The translations under genes and the position numbers were made by a program. From Octopus bimaculoides (Eukaryota), in contig NC_068992.1 of the NCBI RefSeq assembly GCF_001194135.2, forward strand, positions 43,550,974-43,590,502: DNA of 39,529 bases. Direction: 5' to 3'. Of the stretch, positions 1 to 11,434 are shown in pieces. The stretch's first letter is position 1. Each line of letters starts with the position of its first letter. Under the pieces are notes generated by a model. The model saw nothing but the letters and a program-made list of their open reading frames with translations, searched no databases and had not been told where the DNA came from.

Positions 1-227
<227 letters not shown>

Positions 228-338
228 GTGTTGGGGTGAATGTTATACCATGAAAAGCTATTTTGACTGAATCAATCCGCCATTTTTCTGTACTTCCCCA
301 GGCAACCGGTTTATGAAACAGCTATTTTACTGGATCAG

Positions 339-437
<99 letters not shown>

Positions 438-440
438 CAC
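339..440. repeat. (AC)n(AT)n microsatellite
   Basis: Directly visible; source of the spurious ORF 313-519. Confidence 0.97.
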
Positions 441-1051
441 ATGCAGATTTGCATTTATACATTATATGTATATATATGTTTTTTGTATACGCATGTATAT
501 ACGTACGGCTGTATCATAATTCAATAAGAAGACTTTCACCAGAGTAAAAGACGTCTCTACTTCCGAAAGAAACATTTACAATACCTCAACAAAATAATCA
601 GCCATTTTTGTTGCGTGATTCGTTATAATTTTTGTTATATGTGTTGATTCCAACAGAATCCATTATAATAAACACCAAAATTCTGTGTGATTACTATCAG
701 TCTTACAAATAGGAGAATTATATTTCCATTTTGTTATTTTTATTTCAACTAGTCACAAAACACACAAAACACTGTGTTATTACACTGTATCACTACAAAA
801 CCTAATTTGATACTGATAGAGTTAAAAGTCTAAAGTATTTATTTAATGTGATTTCTCTGTTGATAAGTTTCTGTCTTTTTCTTTCTTTAATTCGAGGTTT
901 GAAGGAAAACTACTTCCTTATATCTAATTGAAAATTTCCCGTATTTAACGCAAGTCACTATCATTTTTTTCATGTATTTTTTATTTCTATTCTTATTTTT
1001 GCCTATTTTTTTATATTTTCATTCTATTTGATCTAATCTGATTTTTTCCTC

Positions 1052-1052
<1 letters not shown>

Positions 1053-1109
<57 letters not shown>

Positions 1110-1140
1110 TAATAATAATAATAATAATAATAACAACAAC
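1053..1140. repeat. (AAT)n/(AAC)n microsatellite
   Basis: Directly visible. Confidence 0.97.
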
Positions 1141-1226
1141 AGGGATAAAGTCTAAATTTCTCTTTCACATGACCAAATGACGATATAGCGTGTATTCCAT
1201 TTTAATGACCTACTTTTATTTATTCT

Positions 1227-1406
1227 TTTCTACTCTAGGCACAAGGCCTGAAATTTGGGGGAGGGGACCAGTCGATTAGACCGACCCCAGTACGCAACTG
1301 GTACTTAATTTATCGACCCCGAAAGGATGAAAGGCAAAGTCGACCTCGGCAGAATTGGAACTCAGAACGTAAAGACAAACGAAATACCGCCATGCATTTC
1401 GCCCGG
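1227..1406 (-). mobile_element. tRNA-derived SINE, family A (central GTCGACTTTGCCTTTCATCCTTTCGGGGTCGATAAATTAAGTACCAG domain, Meta-domain-like)
   Basis: About 10 homologous copies in this window. The central domain resembles the MetaSINE/Sauria-type domain as I recall it; the family name is unverified. Confidence 0.85.
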
Positions 1407-1897
1407 ATTAGTCCTGTGTTCCATTTCTAACAGTTAATATTCGTTAATTGTCTGAGAACCTCTTTTAGTTGAACTTTTGCGTTTGTATCTTTCTATTTTG
1501 CCATACAAATATTTGAATAACTTGCATGCAACAAATTAGAAAAGAAAAATAGTTATTGTTGCTTTATTTTATCGTCTAAATTTTTTTGTGCCGAAGTATC
1601 AACCACATCACGTAGCCATCTTTAATTAAACCAGCAATGAAATCTCTACGTAGACGTTCGAGATACAAGAATTTGAAGCTAGATCAACCTCATTTCACAA
1701 TCTATTGTCTTAAACTATTTTTATACTGTGCTCACAACTTCGGAGGCTTGGTGAACCAATAACGAAGGTTAAAGAAGAGAATGATTCAATGAAACAAAAA
1801 GCTGAACGGTGACAACCCTGGAGGCAATTTGTGGCGAAGAATGGTGATTGCATGCCAGATCTTTGAATATTTATTCGTTCATATTTATATATAGATA

Positions 1898-2254
1898 TAG
1901 GGTGATTCAAAAGTCACCATACATAGAAATAATTTATCTTTTTATAAGAAACAGTATATTAGAACAGTTTTTTTTAAAATTATTTAACAGGTTCTGTATG
2001 GTTAACATTGTTTTGAATACACATTGCAATACGCTTACCCCACTCATTGTAAACTCGTGATAGCACATCTGGTGATACGTGTGTAAAGGAGTTGGTGATG
2101 CGTTCCTTCAAATGATTTATGTCTTTTATCTTTTCGCGATACACCATGCCTTTCAAATCAAGAGGGGTCAGATCAGGGGATCTAGGGGATTTTTGAAACT
2201 GTTTCTTATTAAAAAAACTTTTTTCCGATGTATGGAGACTTTTGAATCACCCTG
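1898..2254 (-). mobile_element. Internally deleted Tc1/mariner-superfamily element (MITE-like, 357 bp)
   Basis: 27-bp TIRs at 1898-1924 and 2228-2254 (2 mismatches), TA on both flanks (1896-97, 2255-56). The minus strand keeps a transposase C-terminal relic: PRSPDLTPLD..LKGMVYREKIKDINHLKERITNSF. Confidence 0.9.
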
Positions 2255-2509
2255 TATATATGTTTAATTCAGACACGTTTTTTTTTCTCTCTCCGTTTCT
2301 TTCCTCCCTCTACGGTTAGCCTTCCTCAATCCTTCTATCGCAAGTAAGAAACGTCAAAGTTTTCTGAGCGTAAAACTATCATACCTTTTTTGTTGTTCCT
2401 TCAGTTGTCTCTGTCTTTCGTTTTTTTTTTTGCCATTTGTGCAATGTTAAACGGCATGTGTGTGTGTGTGTGTTTGTGTAAATATATGATATGTATATTA
2501 TATTTATCT

Positions 2510-2575
2510 TTATGTGTGTTTAGTCGCCGGCGGCCCAACCATGCTTGACGTAGAGGACGGTTTTCGTTGGACACT
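2510..2575 (-). other. Candidate terminal coding exon (unassigned)
   Basis: Strong acceptor ttttgttttttgttctgcag, then a locally GC-rich stretch reading SVQRKPSSTSSMVGPPATKHT* (phase 0) or CPTKTVLYVKHGWAAGD* (phase 1). No homology recognised. Confidence 0.25.
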
Positions 2576-3246
2576 CTGCAGAACAAAAAACAAAACCTGT
2601 TAAATGGCTGACAGATTCAGTAGAGTCAACGGTTATTCAACAGACGGGAGTTCGCAATCTCTAGTCTTTGTTTAGACTTCTTTCTAAGAGAAACTTCTGA
2701 TGTAACATTCCCGCGACTACGTCAACATCTGATGATGTAGATTAGTTTTTTTTTTTTAGAGACTGGGATTGTCCCTGTGCAAGGGTTTTCCTCGCCTAAA
2801 AAGTTTCAGACACATGAATCACTCAATTTGTTTTAACATTTCTATTATTTCTTGCATACTATAGCTGGCCGTAAGCCAAAAAAGGCAAAACATTCAATGA
2901 AAAGTTGGAATGGAATGAGGGTATGTATTGGTATGGGCGGGAGGGTCTCTAGACACCTGTTACTGAGGAAACCCATCATTGCTACATTTGTACAAGGGAG
3001 TGTAGGTCCCTAAAATGGAGTGACGGGCCTCATCTGCGCAGCTTATATTCAAATGAACAACACAGCAATAGCATTTCTTATGATTTTGGCCACTTTATTA
3101 TAATTATCATTTTTAATAATAATATCTTACTTTCTAAATTTTATTCACTCACTATTGCTCGTTTGTGAACGTCACGGGGGCATTCCAACGAACAGACGCG
3201 CACGGTTTACTGTATATATTTTGAAAAAATAGTTATATGCAATAAG

Positions 3247-3301
3247 CTCAGCTGATGATTCTAAGTGCTTGGCACTAAACATGAAATCAATTGATACTGA
3301 G
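3247..3301 (+). ncRNA. Minimal type-I hammerhead ribozyme motif (Penelope-type)
   Basis: Stem I CTCAG/CTGAG; CTGATGA 3252-58; stem II core AGTGC/GCACT with degraded outer pairs; GAAA 3283-86; stem III palindrome ATCAATTGAT; H=A3296. Confidence 0.75.
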
Positions 3302-4266
3302 ATGACTGTACTTTTCTTTGTGTTCTTGCGAAGGTGAGAGCTATTTTTTCTGATATTCGCTACATTAACCGCGCGTGTTTTGTTTATAGAGTTTATAGAG
3401 TTATAATGGAGAGTTGGCTCTTCTTTCTAGCATAGGTGATATATGTTTTATACCTTAAATTTTTGTGTATATTTACCTGTATTGGTTAAGCTTGCTGGCC
3501 ACTTAATTATTATCATTTTTCATAATAATAAACAATACCTCATATATATATATATATATATAATATTAGGGACAAAATCCCAAATTACAGGTAAAAACTC
3601 AATTAAAATCAATTTATAAAAAATTAAAATTAAATTGAGCTTTATAGATAAAATATATATAAAATATATAGTTTTAGGGAAAATAACCAAGTTTCAAGAA
3701 CTCATCGATGAAAATCCACTATCACATATAGAAAAATTAACAATTAAAAGCACAATAAATGAGTATAATATAAAGCAAAGTAAATATCATAAGANNNNNN
3801 NNNNATATATATATAGTAAAAAGAAACAAAGAAAGTGCGTACTAGTTATGAATGTAATGGCTTTTTTTAAATATATATGTACAAACAAATGAGTTGAAAT
3901 TATATTAAGATGTATAAAGATCATTATAAAAAGTCATATTGGTTTCGCTATAGGTAGTCACTGACTGTGAATATATATACATATATACATTCCATAACTC
4001 TTGTATTCTTATTCGCATACCCGGCAACACTGGCCGGTTACCGTGAAATGTAAAGAGAACATTTTTCAGTTTATCGTACTTCGATAGGAAAAAAATCCAC
4101 AACCTTCCGTCTCAATAAACCCCTATTGCCCCTGAAATTTGTGTTTTATATTTATTTCGGATTGCTTGAAGCTAACTTTCTTGCTACACACCGATCCCTT
4201 ATATATATATAAAGGATATATATATATAAGTTACCACATCATTTCGCATTTGTCTTGCTTTTATAT

Positions 4267-4346
4267 GTTGGTTCCCTGACGATGAGTATATGTGGAATTC
4301 CAGCAGCTCTTACTTCTTTGGAGTAGAGTACACATATATTTTGAAA
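4267..4346 (+). ncRNA. Disrupted hammerhead-like motif (5' half)
   Basis: CTGACGA 4276-82; 11-bp stem II GAGTATATGTG/CACATATATTT (2 G-U); GAAA 4343-46. Stems III and I are interrupted by the (TG)n starting at ~4358. Confidence 0.45.
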
Positions 4347-4355
4347 CAATCCATG

Positions 4356-4404
<49 letters not shown>

Positions 4405-4658
4405 ACGGAAGGCTGGGAGACCGAAACTTTCAAGCTGCAGTTATCTTTATTTCTCTAAATACACAATAAATATGTGCTCTTCAAAATATACTTAAGCTTA
4501 ATATTAATTTTTATTATACATCGATATAAAAAAAGACAATACAGATTAATACAGATATATATGTATGTATGTGTGTTTATGTATATACATATATATATAT
4601 ATGTGTGTGTGTGTATGTGTGTATGTATGTATGTATTGAATATGTATACAGATATTCG

Positions 4659-4697
<39 letters not shown>

Positions 4698-4872
4698 TAA
4701 AGATGTATTATTACTGTTATTAATGATTTTAATAATGTAATAATAAGGTGGCCAGCAAGTTCACACCATTACAGGCACAATATAAGTCAAATTTAGATAC
4801 CGTACAGTATACGTAAGGAACGCATATGAGCTAATATAGTGAATAATTTAGAAACAGATGTTAAAATGTTAT

Positions 4873-4932
4873 TTTCAACTGAAGATCCCAGAGTATGTTG
4901 GTCATAGAGGGCGAAATCAGTTGGTATTGAAA
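4873..4932 (+). ncRNA. Minimal type-I hammerhead ribozyme motif (Penelope-type)
   Basis: Stem I TTTCAA/TTGAAA; CTGAAGA 4879-85 plus U; stem II CCC..TATG/CATA..GGG; GAAA 4913-16; stem III ATCA-GT-TGGT; H=A4926. Confidence 0.75.
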
Positions 4933-5094
4933 TATATATTACTTACTGATGCATTCAACGCAAAGCTAAGCCTATTTCTCCAATGTTCATTGCATTGCTG
5001 GTGTGTATTTTTGTTGTGAGTTTCTGGTGGTTTTCGAGCCTTGGCTCTGATTTTAGCAAGTGGTATTACATACCTTACTGTATCTAAATTTGTC

Positions 5095-5096
<2 letters not shown>

Positions 5097-5172
<76 letters not shown>

Positions 5173-5349
5173 TAGTGATATGACGTACGATATCTTTATT
5201 CAATAATTCCTACGACCTGTACACTATGAATGCGCATATAACACTCTTCCCAGACTGTTCTGCACATGCTCAATTATACTAACTAGTATAGTTCACTTAG
5301 CCAATCACGGGTGTGTACAGATTCTCATATAACAGAGAGACAGACAGAC

Positions 5350-5417
<68 letters not shown>
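5097..5417. repeat. (TA)n(GA)n at ~5097-5172 and (GACA)(GATA)n at ~5333-5417
   Basis: Directly visible. Confidence 0.95.
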
Positions 5418-5418
<1 letters not shown>

Positions 5419-6810
5419 TGTATGCCTATATGCATATATACATATATGCAAATTTATGCATGCAATGAGGTTGTGAATCATAGTATAGCTAAAATGCATA
5501 TGCTAATGAACGTTGGTAATTCTGATTGGAAATTTCACTTCCTGATGAACTGTTGCTTCATCAGCACGCCTGTTTATTTGGTAAGCTCCATATGAGAATT
5601 ACATAACTCATTACATAAACTTACGAGTGTTGTGCATAATATAAGCAATAACAACAAGACCAACGAGATGCATATAATAATGCCTTTATGATAAAACAGT
5701 TTTATATAATGCAATACATGCATTTCGCTGTCAGTCATAGCAAGTAACAGTATATTTTGTTATTCACTGACATTTTGATATCCTAGTGGACTTTACACAA
5801 GAACTCATGACAAAACCAAAAACCTCTTTATGAACACTCGACCAGCATATCTCTCATAAGATATGTTTCTGCCGAAAGCATGCATTTTTCTGTAATTGTA
5901 CTAAGAACTGCATTAGATAATGTTTCTTATATTATTTAAGAGAATGTAATGTTTGACTTTAGGGTACTTTCAGTTTCTATTTTTAGCAGGTTGAGTGTAA
6001 AATGAGATGTTGAAAGCTAGCACCGTGTCTTTAAAAAAGGCCTCAATCAGAAAAGTTGAGATTGTATCTTTCCCTTTCTCCCCTTTAAACGCTTGTTCGT
6101 TAGTTTAAAATGGTTAGTTTATATATGAAGTCTGTGTCTGGTAAATAGATGCAAAATGGCCGGTAGGTTAAGAAACTGATTTCGCAATCTCGAGATCCGA
6201 GTTCGATACTACTGGTTGGCCAACAAGATATTCCTCAGATTAAATCGGGCCATCTTGAAGAGAACGAAGACGTGGTCCAATGAATTTACTATAATTGGGA
6301 AAAGGTGAAACGCTCATGGCTAGGATCTTTGAGGTATAACATCAATCCAATAAAGTAAACAAAGCTCGCTTGACCTGCCATAAATAGCAGCCAAGTATCG
6401 CTGATATCACACATTGTCTTGAAACAATGAAAGACACCTTGGAAATTGTAATCTTTGATATCTGACTGAATAGCTGGAACGTCTTTGATCATAAGTCTAC
6501 CGCTAGAGGCTCTCCACCGAGGTCTACACAACAACAACAACATTTACAACATAACTTTTCCTTCTTAAACAATCTCTGTTTGAAATATTTCGGTTAATTT
6601 CATACATCTTTGAAATTACCTGGATTTTCAAAATTCTTTGTACATTCTAAAATTCCTGCCTCAAAGCAAATTCTGAAATGTGAGAGTTCAATACTAGAAT
6701 GATAGGTTTATAAAACAATATTTTAAATAAATATTCGTTAACCAAACTTTTTTACCCAAATCTCTACAATCTTGATAAGATCATTTTCCCCAGTATTGCT
6801 GTATCTGTCA

Positions 6811-6970
6811 TAGACAGTTCGATTACATCGACACCCAAAGCTCAACTGGTACACCTTTTGATCCACTCCGAAAGGATGAAAAGACAAAGTTGACCTCAGG
6901 GTAATTTGAACTCAGAGCATAAAAACGAACAAAATGCCACTAAGCATTTCTTCTGGCGTGCTAATGATTC
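6811..6970 (-). mobile_element. SINE family A, degenerate copy
   Basis: Aligns by eye to the 1227-1406 copy. Confidence 0.75.
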
Positions 6971-7180
6971 TTTTCTACTCGAGGCACAAGGTACGAAATT
7001 TTAGGGGAGGAGGCCAGTCGATTAGATCGACCCCAGTACGCAACTGGTACTTAATTTATTGATCCCCGAAAGGATGAAAGGCAAAGTCGACCTCGGCGGA
7101 ATTTGAACTCAGAAAGCAAAGACATACGAAATATCGCTAAGTATTTTTCCCGGCGTACTAACGATTCTGCCAGCTCGCCC
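6971..7180 (-). mobile_element. SINE family A, near full length
   Basis: Head GGCGAGCTGGCAGAATCGTTAG, B-box GAGTTCAAATTCC, central domain and tail all present. Confidence 0.9.
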
Positions 7181-7880
7181 CCTTTTGGAAGTTATATGAT
7201 AATAACCTTTGTATAAGATAATGAACTAAATTAAATCATAACTGGAAAGACGAAAAAAGGGAGAGAATAACGAATATCCGACGCCTTACTGACTCGGCCA
7301 ATTCATGGCATCAAGGCAAACGCAAGGGAAACTGTTTTTAAAACATTTGGTCCACTTCATTCAGCAGAGAAATGTTTGTTGTTCATTTACAGCTACGCAG
7401 ACTGAGCTAAAAAGTGTTAAATGAATGAAGCGTGGATACCATGCAGAACCTGTACCAGTTGTAACAGAGATCGAACTCACGAAATATTCAGTTTGTGTTG
7501 CGATAGGACAGAAAATGAAAATGCTACACGGATCTCGAATCCTTCGAGAGATAATCCTATGAGGAAATCTGTGTGGCATGTTTCCATGTTTGGTTCACGT
7601 TTTATCATGTTTGAATCATGTCTGATTCATGTGTGATCACTACAAGAACGGTGGAATATCTGAAATTCCTTTGTAAGAACCAAATGGTTTGTTGAATTTA
7701 ATTTCATCTCTTCACGTTCTGATTTTATATTCCGTCCAGTTCGGCATTACTTTTCAGACTTCCTAGGATCGATAAAGTAAATACGAATCAAATGATTCGA
7801 TCAATTTAATTGATTTATCGACACTAGTTTTAAACTTTATGTTGCCGAATACCTGCAATTTTAGAGTTTTATTTTCGGGG

Positions 7881-8010
7881 AAAACGGTTAGTCGCTATCA
7901 TCAACCCCAATATTGGACTGGTACACTATTTTATCGACCTCGGAGAAATGAAAGGCAAAGTTGACCTGGGCGAGATTTGAACTCAGAGCGCAAAGAACTG
8001 GAGGAAATGC
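7881..8010 (-). mobile_element. SINE family A, degenerate copy
   Basis: Central domain and B-box recognisable. Confidence 0.75.
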
Positions 8011-9284
8011 GTTCTAAAATTTCATTTGCCCAGCGCCCAATACCAATATCAAATATTAATATTAGCACAACGATACCCAAAAGAATATTTACCCATTGTA
8101 AATTACATCTCTTTGAAAACTTTTTTGTAAAAGAATTCTATGTTTAAGGAAAGTTCACTTTAAATCCAATATTTGAGATAGTATCTGTCTCATTTGTAGA
8201 ATTCCAGTCTTCGGCAGTTTTGTACTGATATCAGTTGGCAAGGTATAAAAGTTGTTTTATTTTGGTTGTTCGTTATTCTTTTCTAATTTCCCTTTATGCT
8301 AATAACTTTACGCCATTTTCTTGCAACAAATCATTCCAGAATGAGATAATTGCCAAACAACTTCTTTATCGGATTACGGATAATACATCAATACTAAGAC
8401 TCTATGTTCTGGATTGCAGTCTGCTTCGCTTTGTTCACCTTTACTAAGAATTTATATATCTTCAAAAGAAACAAACTAGTGTAAAGATTTCGTTTTGATT
8501 AATTCTAATAATATATTTCTAAAGTTACTTCATGTACACTCGATATACACTCGAACATCTTTATACACTTCTGTCTCTGTCGGTTTCCCCAATAGCAAAA
8601 CAAAAAAATATGAAACAAATTAATAAAAAATATTGAAAATACATTATGTGTTTCGCTAGTAAATCTATTTTCGTTCCGTTGTTTTCTTCTTTGTTTCTTT
8701 CAATGGTTTCAACCATTTTAGTTATTCTTTCAGTTCTTTTCCTTTATTTTCTTTTTTTATTTTTTTACACTGGTTTGATTTACTCCACTTGAAAGCCATA
8801 AAAATTGGAGAGAGAACATTTTTCTAAGTTAGACCGTATTCAGAAAACTATCCATTATACGTAGCATTTCTTTCTCTCACCTAAAAATACAGCGTGGAAG
8901 TGATGTAGGAACAATCAGTTCCATGCAAACATAGCTGCATAGCTCCATAATTCCAGCTCTCCTGATCAATAATGTATAGTTACAAGAAGTGTTGTTGACT
9001 CTCTTAATCTACTAAAATGAAATTCAATAGCGATAACCGATTTGGATCAATTAAATCACTACTGTAAATAGGTTGGAAATATAAAGATATCCCTCTATAG
9101 ATGCTGGCTGAACTGTTCGCAGTTGCTGTACAATAACAACAACAACAACAACAGATGAATTCGTAATGATTTATACTTATAACTTACATATATATAAGCT
9201 GATCTCCCTCTGGTTCTCTTATCTTGAATTCTCGATTTATTTGAGGGGAAAAGTCACTTTAAATTAGCTATATATGTGTATGTA

Positions 9285-9317
<33 letters not shown>

Positions 9318-10420
9318 NNNNNNNNNNNNNNNNNNNNNNNNNNNNNNNNNNNNNNNNNNNNNNNNNNNNNNNNNNNNNNNNNNNNNNNNNNNNNNNNNNN
9401 NNNNNNNNNNNNNNNNNNNNNNNNNNNNNNNNNNNNNNNNNNNNNNNNNNNNNNNNNNNNNNNNNNNNNNNNNNNNNNNNNNNNNNNNNNNNNNNNNNNN
9501 NNNNNNNNNNNNNNNNNNNNNNNNNNNNNNNNNNNNNNNNNNNNNNNNNNNNNNNNNNNNNNNNNNNNNNNNNNNNNNNNNNNNNNNNNNNNNNNNNNNN
9601 NNNNNNNNNNNNNNNNTTTTTTTTTTTTTTTTTTTTTTGATGGGGCTGTCTTTTTTTTTCCCCCCATCTTTCCCATCGCGTTGTAAAATATAAATCCGTC
9701 TCGAAGTAAGGGATGGATATATTTTCAGTGACTGAAAACTACAAAGTGAACAGCTTAATCAATGATATTCCCTCAAGATCACAATTTTGACGTGACGAGG
9801 CAAACGAAATGCTAGATTCATTGCAATTATATTATTGATATTTGATTATCGATGATGTTTATCGCTTTGAACAATAATCGTTCTCTAAGATTTTTGCCAG
9901 TTTTCGTTGGTTTTTTCGGTGGCTTAGTTTTTTTTCGTTTTTTTCTTCTTTTTTTTGCTGTTGTTGTTCTTCGTCGTTTGACACAGCTTTCCTAACCCTA
10001 CACACAATATATATATATATAAATCTATTAAAATGTCTAATGAAATGACACTCCTTCTCCATCCAGTGTTTCTAATTTTAATTTTCTTACTCCATCACGC
10101 TCCACTACCACCACCACCACCATCACCACCACCAACAACAATACCATTACACTCTGCCATCATCATCGCCACCACCAGCATCCTCTAATCACCACTTTAG
10201 CTACCACTCTACTTTCCATTATTCACCTTTTCTTATCTCTAAAACCTTATTCTTCTTCTTCTCCTCCCTCCTCCTCCTCCTCATCTACTCTTCTCCTTTC
10301 TCTTTCTTCTTCTTACTCCTCTTTTTCTCAACATTTGATCGTAAGAAAACTTTACATTCTGCTCTTTGCGTTTAAATTGTCTGTGGTTCAACTGCAATAA
10401 AAAAAATAAAAAAACAATCA

Positions 10421-10801
10421 GGGGTGACAGCGTTGTAAGAAATTTGTTTCCCGACGACATGGTTCCGGGTTCATTCCCACTGTCTGACACCTTAGGGAAG
10501 TGTTTTCTATAGCCTGGGACGACCAAAGCCTTGTGAATGTATCTGATTGACGGAAACTGAAAGAAGACCGTCGTATATATGTATGTGGGGGGGGGAGGCT
10601 TTTTGTCTGTATTTGTCCCCTACAACTGCTTTACAGTAGGTGTTGGTGTGTTTACGTTCTCGTAACACTAACGGTTCAGCAAAAATACCGAGAGAATAAG
10701 CACCAAGTATAACAACAACAAAAACAGAAAGAATATGTACTGGGTTCGTTTCGTTCGACTAAAATTCTTCAAGACGGTGCCCCAGCATGGCCGCAGTCTA
10801 A
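10421..10801 (+). mobile_element. tRNA-derived SINE family B (CORE-like), bipartite with an internal simple repeat
   Basis: Head and CORE-like CCTTRGGSAAGTGTYTTCTA, TA/TG spacer at ~10575-10600, then a 3' module ending CCCCAGCATGGCCGCAGTC. Same architecture at 17725-18133 and 27822-28213. Confidence 0.8.
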
Positions 10802-11273
10802 NNNNNNNNNNNNNNNNNNNNNNNNNNNNNNNNNNNNNNNNNNNNNNNNNNNNNNNNNNNNNNNNNNNNNNNNNNNNNNNNNNNNNNNNNNNNNNNNNNN
10901 NNNNNNNNNNNNNNNNNNNNNNNNNNNNNNNNNNNNNNNNNNNNNNNNNNNNNNNNNNNNNNNNNNNNNNNNNNNNNNNNNNNNNNNNNNNNNNNNNNNN
11001 NNNNNNNNNNNNNNNNNNNNNNNNNNNNNNNNNNNNNNNNNNNNNNNNNNNNNNNNNNNNNNNNNNNNNNNNNNNNNNNNNNNNNNNNNNNNNNNNNNNN
11101 NNNNNNNNNNNNNNNNNNNNNNNNNNNNNNNNNNNNNNNNNNNNNNNNNNNNNNNNNNNNNNNNNNNNNNNNNNNNNNNNNNNNNNNNNNNNNNNNNNNN
11201 NNNNNNNNNNNNNNNNNNNNNNNNNNNNNNNNNNNNNNNNNNNNNNNNNNNNNNNNNNNNNNNNNNNNNNNNN

Positions 11274-11434
11274 GTCTATTAGATCAACGCCAGTACGCAA
11301 CTGGTGCTTAATTTTTCGACCCCGAAAGGATGTAAAGCAAAATTGACCTCGGTGGAATTTGAACTCAGAACGTAAAGATGGACGAAATACCGCTAAGCAT
11401 TTCACTCGGCGTGCTAATGTTTCTGCCAACTCGC
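11274..11434 (-). mobile_element. SINE family A
   Basis: Homologous to the other family A copies; truncated by the gap. Confidence 0.85.

Noticed and set aside
5542-5565. CTGATGAA/TTCATCAG hairpin with a hammerhead-like core on both strands
   Set aside because: The minus strand has a later GAAA and a weak stem III, but no stem II or stem I complement; the plus strand has no GAAA.
5835-5885. CATATCT/AGATATG hairpin followed by CCGAAAGCATGC
   Set aside because: No CUGANGA core and no U at position 16.1; at best a heavily decayed relic.
9198-9268. CTGATCT..CCCTC/GAGGG-GAAA-AGTCACTT
   Set aside because: The core lacks G8/A9 and no stem I forms.
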